DNA of 64,000 nucleotides from Candidatus Eiseniibacteriota bacterium (GTDB lineage Bacteria; Eisenbacteria; RBG-16-71-46): NCBI GenBank assembly GCA_963744995.1, contig CAVUWA010000011.1, positions 320,001 to 384,000 of the forward strand, read 5' to 3'. Shown piece by piece: positions 48,190 to 56,605 of this stretch (position 1 is its first letter; each line of letters starts with the position of its first letter). The notes under the pieces were generated by a model. It saw only the letters and a program-made list of their open reading frames with translations, ran no database searches and was not told where the DNA came from. The position numbers and the translations under genes were made by a program.

Positions 48190-49506
48190 TCAACCGCGGG
48201 CTTCGTAGATCAAATGAACGGACTTGCCGAAGCTCAGGCGGTCCCCGTCGGCGAGTGCGCGGCGCGTGATGCGCTCGCCGTTCACGAACGAGCCATTCTC
48301 GGAGTTCAGGTCCACCAGTTCAACGATTCTTCCCCGGCGCTCCAGGGTCGCGTGGTTGCGCGATATCTCTCTGTCCTGAAACACGATGTCGTTGCCGGCC
48401 GCGGCGCCGATCGTCACCGGGTAACCGAAGAGTTCGTACCATACCCCATCGTCCACGTCGTGGTCGTGGACCAGCAGCCCGCGCTGGCGGCGGCGGGTGA
48501 GCGCGAAGGCCGCGCCGGCGAGCACCACCAGCACCACCGGCAGCATCCAGGCCAGCGGATGCGTCCACCACGCGGGCGCCATGGCCTCGCGCGTGGCGTA
48601 GTTGAGCCGGGTGGCGCGGCGTGCCCCGTGGGCGTCGACGACCACCTCGAGCTCCTCGCGCCCGGCACCCGGCGCGCCCTCCGCCTTGAACGTGAGCACC
48701 CAGTGGCCGAGCGCGCGGGCCGCAGCGCCGGGCAGCGCCTGCGGCAGGCCGAGCGGAGACGTCACGCCGGTGACCGCGCCGCCGGTGTGTTCGGCCAGGC
48801 GGCGCAGACGCTCGGCTTCGGGCGAGGCGCCGGCGTCGCCGAGGCGCAGCACCATGACCCGGGTGAGCCGCCGCGGCGACCGCGCGAGCGCCAGCATCTC
48901 GATGATCGTATGGCGGCTGCCGCCATCGGCACCGCGCGTGATCACGATCACCGCCCCGCTGCGATCGCGCGGCAGGCGCGACGCGGTGCGCACTGCGTCG
49001 AAGAGCGCGTCATAGAGCAGCGGCGTGCCGTCGTCCGCCATGCCGGCGAGGTGCTCCGCGAGCCGGTCGACGTCCCCGACCGCCGCCTCGCGCGAGCGGA
49101 TCGAGCCGCCCGCGGCCACCACCCGGATGCGGTCGCCGTCTTCGAGCCCGCGGGCCAGCGAGCGCACTGCGTCCATGACCGGTGCCAGCGCGGGCGGCCG
49201 CAGCAGCCCGGCGTCGATCACCAGCGTCACGGTCGCGTGCGGCCGCTCGTCGCGCGCGCTCGTCGCCCGCACGTTCTCGACCGGCCTGCCGTCGAGCGAC
49301 AGGGTGAAGGCGTTCTCGAGCGCCGGCACCGGGGCGCCGCCCGCGTCGAGCACCGAGACCACGACCGTGTGGCGGCCGCCGCCTGCGACCCGCACGTTGT
49401 CGATCGTGATCGTCGCCGGTGACTGCGCGAGCGCGGGGGCCGCCGACAGCAGCAGCAGCGCGACGCCGTTGCGCAGGGCGTTGCGCAGGGCGCGGCTCAC
49501 TGCCAC
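48190..49506 (-). CDS. Exported vWA-like domain - TM - cytoplasmic FHA protein
   Basis: Signal peptide, TLVID, TPLLYDAL, VIVITRG, a TM, then ISRNHA...DLNSENGSFVNG. Confidence 0.8.
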   Translation of the reverse strand: MAVSRALRNALRNGVALLLLSAAPALAQSPATITIDNVRVAGGGRHTVVVSVLDAGGAPVPALENAFTLSLDGRPVENVRATSARDERPHATVTLVIDAGLLRPPALAPVMDAVRSLARGLEDGDRIRVVAAGGSIRSREAAVGDVDRLAEHLAGMADDGTPLLYDALFDAVRTASRLPRDRSGAVIVITRGADGGSRHTIIEMLALARSPRRLTRVMVLRLGDAGASPEAERLRRLAEHTGGAVTGVTSPLGLPQALPGAAARALGHWVLTFKAEGAPGAGREELEVVVDAHGARRATRLNYATREAMAPAWWTHPLAWMLPVVLVVLAGAAFALTRRRQRGLLVHDHDVDDGVWYELFGYPVTIGAAAGNDIVFQDREISRNHATLERRGRIVELVDLNSENGSFVNGERITRRALADGDRLSFGKSVHLIYEARG

Positions 49507-51335
49507 GCCTCGAAGCCGAAACGCTCCGGCGCCTCGGCGATCAGCCGCACTGCGAGGATCTTCGGCACGTAGTTGCGCGTCTCCTCAGGCAGCATGTTGT
49601 GCTCGACGAGGTACCAGTACTTCCGGGTCGCGGGCAGCATCGGGTCGTCGATCTTCTGCTTGGCGCGGTCGATCGCACCGGGGCCGCGATTGTAGGACGC
49701 CAGCACCAGCATGAAGTACTCGGGCCCCTGATCGCGCAGCAGCTTCGCGATGTAATCCGCCCCCGCCGCGGTGGATTTGTCCACGTCGGTGCGCTGGTCG
49801 TTCGCCAGGTGCTGCGGGTCAACCCTGAGGCCCAGCTCGCGCGCCGTCGCCGGCATCAGCTGCCAGAGCCCCACGGCCCCGACGGGGCTGCGCGCCATGG
49901 GGTTCAGTGCGCTCTCGACCCAGGTGACGTAGCAGAACGCCTCGGGCAGGTGGCGCGACTCGAGGATGCGGCGGATCCTGGGCTGCAGCGTTTTCGCGCG
50001 ATCGAGCATGGTGCGCATGAGGCGCGGATGGCGCTCGAAGCCGTCGACGAACTTCCACACCTGTTCGGTGAACCCCGGCGGCACGTGCGGGTCCTGGCCG
50101 AGCTCCGCGGCGTAACGTGAGAGCTGGTGCTCGACGTACTCGCGGTTGGTGAGCGTCGCCAGCCGCGCTTCGCTGGCCTCGACCGTGGCCGGATCGAGCG
50201 CGGTGGCGAAGTCGAATTCGCGTTCGTCGGGCGGCAGGCGTCGCGCGATGTCGCGGAAGAACTGCTGTGGCTGTCTCAGCGTCGCGCCCGGCGGCGCGAG
50301 GTCGGACAGCAGCAGCAGGTCCGCCGCGTGCAGGAGGTGGGTGCGGGCGATGTCGAGATCGCCCGCGCGCGAGGCTTCGATACCGCTCCGGACGCTCTCG
50401 AGCGCCTGGCGCTGAACGCGCGCGGCCATCTCGCGCACCTGCGTGCGTTCGCGCATCGAGTCGGCGAGCTGCCCGACGCCGAACACCAGGCCGGCGACGC
50501 CGGCGAGGATCGCCATCGCGACACCGATCCGCTCCCACGCGACGCGGCGCGTGCGGATCACGCGATAGGCGGCGTCGCCGAAGACCACCGTGTCGCCGTC
50601 CAGCAGCTCTTCACGCAGAACGCGCGCGTCGTTCACGAGCGTGCCGTTGCGGCTCTTCAGGTCGCTCACGTAGAGCCGGCCGTGCGAACGGTCGAGGCGC
50701 GCGTGCATGCGCGACACCGACTCGTCGTCGATCGAGAGCCCGGCCCCGGGATCGCGGCCGACGGTGGTGGCCGACTTGCGCAGCGCGATGCCGCCCGCGC
50801 CCGGATCGGCGGGCTCGAGCCACCACTCGACGCGTTCGAGCAGGCCGGCGAGGCCGCGCCCGGGGGCGGCCTCGCCGGCGGGCGATGCCGCCGGGCGTTG
50901 CCCTGCAGGTGCCGGTTCGCGCGCCTCTCCCGGCCCGCGCGTGCGCACGGGGCCGGTCGTCGCCACGTCGCGCACCGGCTCGCCGCGCTTCACCGTGCGC
51001 TGCTGGAGGCGCACGCCTGCGGCCGGCGCCGGGTCCGCGTCCCGGGCCGCGGGTTCGAGCAGCACGACCGTCACCTCGGGGCCGATGCCGATCGTGTCGC
51101 CCGCCTCGATCCGCGCCGATTCGACCCGCGCGTCGTTCACGAACGTGCCGTTGCTGCTGCCGAGGTCGCGCACCGTCCACGCGCCGCCCGCGCGCACGAG
51201 CTCGGCGTGCTCGCGCGAGACGCCGCGGCCGGCGAGCACCACGTCGCACGTGTCGAGGCGCCCGAGCCGCACGTGCTCGCCCCGCACCTCGACCTCGCGG
51301 GTGCCGCCCTCGTCGGAGATCCGCAGGCGGGTCAT
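49497..51335 (-). CDS. FHA-FHA-TM-lytic transglycosylase (MltD/SLT-like) fusion
   Basis: Two FHA domains (GR...SREHA...SSNGT; GR...SRMHA...SRNGT) and a TM. SLT motifs VES, GAVGLWQLMP, ASYNRG and ETRNYVPK. Confidence 0.88.
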   Translation of the reverse strand: MTRLRISDEGGTREVEVRGEHVRLGRLDTCDVVLAGRGVSREHAELVRAGGAWTVRDLGSSNGTFVNDARVESARIEAGDTIGIGPEVTVVLLEPAARDADPAPAAGVRLQQRTVKRGEPVRDVATTGPVRTRGPGEAREPAPAGQRPAASPAGEAAPGRGLAGLLERVEWWLEPADPGAGGIALRKSATTVGRDPGAGLSIDDESVSRMHARLDRSHGRLYVSDLKSRNGTLVNDARVLREELLDGDTVVFGDAAYRVIRTRRVAWERIGVAMAILAGVAGLVFGVGQLADSMRERTQVREMAARVQRQALESVRSGIEASRAGDLDIARTHLLHAADLLLLSDLAPPGATLRQPQQFFRDIARRLPPDEREFDFATALDPATVEASEARLATLTNREYVEHQLSRYAAELGQDPHVPPGFTEQVWKFVDGFERHPRLMRTMLDRAKTLQPRIRRILESRHLPEAFCYVTWVESALNPMARSPVGAVGLWQLMPATARELGLRVDPQHLANDQRTDVDKSTAAGADYIAKLLRDQGPEYFMLVLASYNRGPGAIDRAKQKIDDPMLPATRKYWYLVEHNMLPEETRNYVPKILAVRLIAEAPERFGFEAWQ

Positions 51336-51847
51336 GCGCCGGAAACCGGCAGCTTCACGCGCAGTGCGGTGCCGCCGGCCTGAATGACGTCGCCTTCCTG
51401 GAGGATGTGGCGCTCGACGCGCTGTCCGTTCACGTAGGTGCCGTTGGTCGAGCCGAGGTCGCGCAGCACCACGGCAGCCGTGCCGGCCTCGAGCGCGAAG
51501 TGGTCGCGCGACATGCCCGGCTCGGCCAGCGTGACGGTCTCGAAACCCGGCTCGGCCTTCGGCGCCCGGCCGAACTTCCAGCGGCCCGCTTTGATGTCGA
51601 GCGTGCGGCCGGCATCGGCGCCCTGGCTGACGGCGAGCTGGGCGACCCAGTCGGGCGGCGCTGCGGGAGGCGCTTTGGCGCGCACCGGGGCCGCGCCCAG
51701 GATGACGGTGGCATCGGCCATGTCGCGCCCCGCGACTTCGTCGCGCGCTTCGCGGCCGGTGCACCGCGGGCAGGTGCGCCAGGTCATCTGCATGACGTGG
51801 CCCTCGGGGCAGTGCTTGAGGACCTTGGGTCCCGTTCCGAACACCAT
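51332..51847 (-). CDS. Zn-ribbon + FHA domain protein
   Basis: CPEGH...CPRC, a DATVI linker, and an FHA domain (GR...SRDHF...STNGT). Confidence 0.85.
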   Translation of the reverse strand: MVFGTGPKVLKHCPEGHVMQMTWRTCPRCTGREARDEVAGRDMADATVILGAAPVRAKAPPAAPPDWVAQLAVSQGADAGRTLDIKAGRWKFGRAPKAEPGFETVTLAEPGMSRDHFALEAGTAAVVLRDLGSTNGTYVNGQRVERHILQEGDVIQAGGTALRVKLPVSGA

Positions 51848-52023
51848 GGAACGCGCAAGTTACCACGCGGCGCGCCGATGGCCGAGTGCGCGCCGGGACC
51901 CGGGCGGCGGGCCCTGGGGGGCCTTGCGATGCGCCGGACGGGTGCTGCGCTGGCGCCGGCTCCCGCTCCCGCTCGAAGCCGGGCGCGGTCCGGGGAGGTG
52001 CATGCCATGCATGGACGATTCTT

Positions 52024-52061
52024 CGCGGGAGCGCGGGAGCGCGGGAGCGCGGGAGCGCGGG
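52024..52061. repeat. 8-bp tandem repeat (CGCGGGAG) x4.75
   Basis: Direct reading of 52024-52061. Confidence 0.9.
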
Positions 52062-52191
52062 GCGCCGGGCGCTCGCGCCGCGTGCGTCGCGCCGGCGCTG
52101 GACGCCGGGGTCGTACCGTCCACCGCCGGGCAGGCCGTGTCCGCGCCGTCGCGTGCCCGTCGCCTGCCGCAGCCGAAGCGCTGGCGACCGC

Positions 52192-52929
52192 TCAGGCCCC
52201 GAGCCTGGGCAGGAACCGCCCCGTGCGCGCGAGATAGGCGCGATAGGGTTCGCCGAAATGCGCCTCGAGCAGCGCCTCCTCGCGCCGCGCCCGCAGCGTT
52301 TCGGCGAGCCACATGAGCGCGACCAGCGGCCAGGCGAGCATGCTGCGAAACACCAGCACGCCGCCGAGCGTCGCGAGCATGGCGCCCAGATAGCCCGGGT
52401 GGCGCACGCGCGCGTAGAGCCCGCCGGTCTCGAGCGCGTGCGCGCGCTGCAGGGCGATGCGCGGCGAGAAGCGCGCGCCGAGGCGGAGCATCGCGGCGAT
52501 GCGCACGGCCAGACCGAGCGCCGAGATCGCCACGCCCGCCCAGGTGATCGCGACGGCGAGCGCCGCAGGCATCGCGTGCCAGGGCTGGTCGAGGAGGCGC
52601 AGCCGTTCGCCGAGCGCCGACACCGGTGTCGCCGCGAGCGGCACCACGAACAGCAGCAGCATCACGAGCGGCAGGTCGGCGCGGGACTCCACCACGTCCT
52701 GGCGGCCGACCGGACGCAGCGCAGCGAGTGCGAAGTTGCCCGCCGTCCATACCGCCAGCAGCGCGAGCGCGGGCAGGTGCACGAGCAGCGCCCCGACGCT
52801 GCCGAGCGCCAGCGCGAGCAACGCGCCCTCGAGCAGCAGGCCGAGCAGCGCGAACAGCAGCGCGCGCGCCATGGAGGGCGGCGCTTCGGGCGCCGCGGCG
52901 GGGCGGTCGGAACCGGACGGGGTGGCCAC
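52192..52929 (-). CDS. Isoprenylcysteine carboxylmethyltransferase family membrane protein
   Basis: GLYARVRHPGYLG and EEALLEAHFGEPYRAY...RFLP motifs. Confidence 0.88.
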   Translation of the reverse strand: MATPSGSDRPAAAPEAPPSMARALLFALLGLLLEGALLALALGSVGALLVHLPALALLAVWTAGNFALAALRPVGRQDVVESRADLPLVMLLLFVVPLAATPVSALGERLRLLDQPWHAMPAALAVAITWAGVAISALGLAVRIAAMLRLGARFSPRIALQRAHALETGGLYARVRHPGYLGAMLATLGGVLVFRSMLAWPLVALMWLAETLRARREEALLEAHFGEPYRAYLARTGRFLPRLGA

Positions 52930-53172
52930 GGCGCGAATCTAGCCCGGGCCGTTCTCGCACCGCCAGCCGCAATGCGCGCGCCGCGCGCGGCGAACCGGCC
53001 CGCCGGCCGGTGCGGCGGAATGCTTGGCGCGCCGCCGGCCCCGTTGTAGCGTGCGCTCGCCGACCCACGGATCGAACGGCGGCCCCGCCGGGAGCTTCGC
53101 GCGCCGCAGCCTCCGGGCGTGCGCGGACGACGGGGCGGGGGCGTCGTCGTTCGACGAACGCAGGAGCGCCCC

Positions 53173-53676
53173 ATGCTGTTCGGGATACCGCTGCATCCGG
53201 TGATCGTCCACACGCCGATCGCGCTGATCGTGATCTCTCTGCTGTTCGAGCTCGTCGGCCGCGCGACCGACCTCGACTGGTGGCGCAAGGGCGCGTTTGC
53301 GATGCTGATCGTCGGCGTCATCGGCGCCGGCGCCGCGGTGCTCAGCGGCAACGCCTCCGAGGAGGCCGCCGAGCATCAGGGCGTGCCCGAGCACGCCATC
53401 GAGGAGCACCAGGAAGCGGGGCTGCTCACGCTGTGGCTGGGCGTCGCCGCCGTGCTGGCGCGCGCGCTGGCCGCGCGGCAGGGACCTGCGCGCGGCGCGA
53501 TCGGCGCGCTCGCGCTCGTCGCCCACCTGCTCACGGTGGGCGCGGTCGCAGTCGCGGGCTACCGCGGCGGCGACCTGGTCTACGGCCACGGCGCCGGCGT
53601 GCACGTCGAACAGCAGCGGGGCGCGGCGCACGAGGAGGGCGGTGGGCGCGGCGGCGGCGATCACGACCGGGACTGA
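53173..53676 (+). CDS. DUF2231 membrane protein
   Basis: LHPVIVHTPIAL, H..AG and GYRGGDLVYGHG motifs, with an AGGAG RBS. Confidence 0.85.
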   Translation: MLFGIPLHPVIVHTPIALIVISLLFELVGRATDLDWWRKGAFAMLIVGVIGAGAAVLSGNASEEAAEHQGVPEHAIEEHQEAGLLTLWLGVAAVLARALAARQGPARGAIGALALVAHLLTVGAVAVAGYRGGDLVYGHGAGVHVEQQRGAAHEEGGGRGGGDHDRD

Positions 53677-53754
53677 GCGCGGCCGGCGGACACACGAACG
53701 CGGCGCGGGGATCGAGGCCCCGCGCCGCGTTCGCGTGTTCCCGTTCGTGGGGAT

Positions 53755-55059
53755 CTACGGTTCTTCGACGAACAGCAGCTCGTGCTTCTGCCAGTCGATC
53801 GTCACCGCCTTGCCGGTGAAGAAATCGTTCGAGATCAGCGCGTCGCGGCGCACGCCGTGCCGCCACAGCTCGGACGACGACAGCGCCCCCTGCCAGCCGG
53901 GGACGTTGCTCTCGGCGACCGGGCCGACCTGCACCGACGGCACCGTCACCGGCGCCCACGGCACGCCCTGGAGGAACTGGCCGGCGCCTTTGACGAGCTT
54001 CGCCACCGCACCGGGCCGGACGCCGATCTCTTCCATCACCTCGCGCGGTGCGCCGACGCCGCAGTGCGGCACGCCGCTCTGCACCACCATCGCCATGCGG
54101 CGTCCGCCGGCGAGCGAGCCGTAAACCGTGAGCTCGCTCTCGCCCCAGATCTCGAACGGCACCGCGAGCGCGTTCGGCGGGCGCCGGTACGAGGCGGGAT
54201 CGCGGCGCAAAATCAGGTGCTGCTTCTCGAAGTCGAGGGTCGGCGTGAAGTGGCGCAGCAGGTTCAGGCCGATCACGCCCGCAACGCGCTCACCGTGCGG
54301 GTTCACCTCCAGGCTCCAGCGCCTGAGCGACAGGATGCCCGCCGGCACGTTGCGGATCTCCAGATCGCCGAGCTGGATACGCTGCACCATCGCATTGCGC
54401 ACCGCCTGCCTGGAGCCCGACCAGAACGTGAGCGCGTCGTAGGCCATCGGCTGGATCTTCGCGAGCCGCGCCGCGGAGTCGTCGATCAGTAGATCGGACG
54501 CGCCGGTGTCCACCGCCATGAGCATCACGCGGCCGTTGAGCCGCACCCGCACCAGCGGGATCGGGTAGGCGCGGCGGAAGCGCAGATCGATCACCGGCTT
54601 CGAGTCGGACATCTGGTACGTCCCGCCGTCGGCCATGCGCCGCAGCATCTCCTCGCGGCCGGGCTGGCCGACCGCATCGGCCAGCTCCGCTGCCGCGCCG
54701 TACTGGCCGGCGCGGACGCGTGCCGCGAACAGGTCGCCGACCGCGGTGTCGTCGATCTTCGCCGCGCGCTCGAGCAGCGGCAGCGCCGTGTCGAGGTCGT
54801 TGCGGAACAACGCGATCTTGCCGAGCCCGGCGAGCGCCACCGGATCCTCGGCGTCGAGCTCGAGCGCGTGCTCCATCACCACCTTCGCGTCGTCCATGCG
54901 ACCCAGGCGCAGCAACGAGATGCCCAGCGAGTCCAGCAGCACCGGCTCGTCGGGATGGTGCAGGGTGTCCCGGATCGCCGCGCGCAGCAGCATCTGCGCC
55001 TCGCGGTAGCTCGGGTCGGGCTGCAGCCACTCGGCGCGCGCGGGCGCTGCCGTCAGCAC
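53755..55059 (-). CDS. TPR + retropepsin-like aspartyl protease (5' end possibly frameshifted)
   Basis: TPRs, MAVDTGAS, GVIG. The second lobe is degenerate (VQSG). The signal peptide is truncated in this frame. Confidence 0.75.
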   Translation of the reverse strand: MLTAAPARAEWLQPDPSYREAQMLLRAAIRDTLHHPDEPVLLDSLGISLLRLGRMDDAKVVMEHALELDAEDPVALAGLGKIALFRNDLDTALPLLERAAKIDDTAVGDLFAARVRAGQYGAAAELADAVGQPGREEMLRRMADGGTYQMSDSKPVIDLRFRRAYPIPLVRVRLNGRVMLMAVDTGASDLLIDDSAARLAKIQPMAYDALTFWSGSRQAVRNAMVQRIQLGDLEIRNVPAGILSLRRWSLEVNPHGERVAGVIGLNLLRHFTPTLDFEKQHLILRRDPASYRRPPNALAVPFEIWGESELTVYGSLAGGRRMAMVVQSGVPHCGVGAPREVMEEIGVRPGAVAKLVKGAGQFLQGVPWAPVTVPSVQVGPVAESNVPGWQGALSSSELWRHGVRRDALISNDFFTGKAVTIDWQKHELLFVEEP

Positions 55060-55198
55060 GGCGCCGGCAGGCGATCACCAGCGCGCATGACGGCCGCGGC
55101 GGCGCCGAACGGCGCTCGCCCGCGCGGGGTCGGGTGCGCGGGCGCCGCGGATCGGTGCGTGAGATTCGCGTCCATGCGTGAGGCGTCCTTCCTTCGGT

Positions 55199-56374
55199 TC
55201 ATGCGCGTTCGAGAAACTTCTGCGCGGTGCGCATCAGCACATCGGCGCCGATCTTGAGCGACTGCTCGTCGACGTCGAACTTCGGATGATGGTGGCCCCA
55301 GATCAGGTTGCGCGCCGCGTTGCGCGAGCCGACCGCGATGAAGCAGCCCGGCACCGCGCGCAGGAAGTCCGAGAAGTCCTCGCCGCCCATGGTCTGGATG
55401 TCGGTGACCACGTTCTCCTCGCCGACGATCTCGACGGCGGCCTGCCGCGCGATCTCGGCCATGTCGGGATCGTTCACCGTCGGCCGGTTGTGACGCGTGT
55501 ACTGGATGTCGGCCGTGCAGCCCATGGCGTCGGCGACGCCCTTCACGATTCTTTCGAAGCGCTCGGGCAGTTCCTTCCAGACCGTGTCGTCGAACATGCG
55601 CACGGTGCCGTTCATCCACGCGGTCTCGGGGATGATGTTGAACGCCGAGCCGGCTCGCACCTGGGTCACGCTCACCACCACGCTCGCGAGCGGGTCGATG
55701 CCGCGGCTCGCGATCGTCTGCAGCGCACCGATCACGTGCGCGAGCGCGACCACCGGATCGAGGCCCGCCTGGGGCATCGCCGCGTGCGCGCCCTTGCCGC
55801 GCAGCGTGACCGTGAACTCGTCCACCGCCGCCATGAACGGCCCCGGCGTCACCCCGACCTTGCCGAGGTCCAGGTCCTGCCAGACGTGCAGGCCGAACGC
55901 GGCATCGGGCCTGGGATCCTTCAGCACGCCATCGGCGATCATCGCCTCGGCGCCGCCGCCGCACTCTTCCGCCGGCTGGAACACCAGCTTCACGCGGCCC
56001 TTCATCGAAGGCGCCGCGTCTTTCAGGCGCCGCGAGAGGTTGAGCAGGATGGACGTGTGGCAGTCGTGTCCGCACGCGTGCATCTTGCCGTCGGTCTGCG
56101 AGCGGTACTCGACCTCGTTCTCCTCGAAGATCGGCAGCGCGTCCATGTCGGCACGCAGCAGCACGGTCTTCCCGGGCTGCGCGCCTTCGATCATCGCGAC
56201 GACTCCGGTCCTGCCGACGCCGCTCTTCGGGCTGAGCCCGAGCGCCGTCAGACGCTCGGCGACGATCCCCGACGTGCGCACTTCCTCGAACGCCAGCTCC
56301 GGGTGCGCGTGCAGGTCGCGGCGGGTCGCGACCATCTCCTCGAGATCGGTTTCGGTGGTGACGGGCGGGTTCAT
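55199..56374 (-). CDS. M20 family amidohydrolase
   Basis: HAHPELAFEE, RADMDALP, MHACGHD, FQPAEE, GGEDF and HHPKF motifs. Confidence 0.95.
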   Translation of the reverse strand: MNPPVTTETDLEEMVATRRDLHAHPELAFEEVRTSGIVAERLTALGLSPKSGVGRTGVVAMIEGAQPGKTVLLRADMDALPIFEENEVEYRSQTDGKMHACGHDCHTSILLNLSRRLKDAAPSMKGRVKLVFQPAEECGGGAEAMIADGVLKDPRPDAAFGLHVWQDLDLGKVGVTPGPFMAAVDEFTVTLRGKGAHAAMPQAGLDPVVALAHVIGALQTIASRGIDPLASVVVSVTQVRAGSAFNIIPETAWMNGTVRMFDDTVWKELPERFERIVKGVADAMGCTADIQYTRHNRPTVNDPDMAEIARQAAVEIVGEENVVTDIQTMGGEDFSDFLRAVPGCFIAVGSRNAARNLIWGHHHPKFDVDEQSLKIGADVLMRTAQKFLERA

Positions 56375-56605
56375 GGCGGTGGCTCCTCGAAAGGTGAAGT
56401 GCGCCCGGAGCGGCGGGAGCCGGGCGCTGCGTGATCGGCGGAAGAGTACCGCACCGCGCGGGCGGCCGTCAGTTCTCGGTCGTGTGGTCGAACCCCGCAG
56501 GGCGCCGCGCGAGCCGCGCACCCGGGGCCGCGCGCGCGCGAAACGGCCGGTGCGCGGGGCTTGCGCGCCCGCGCACCGGCCGTTCGCAACCGCTCCGCGC
56601 GGTGG

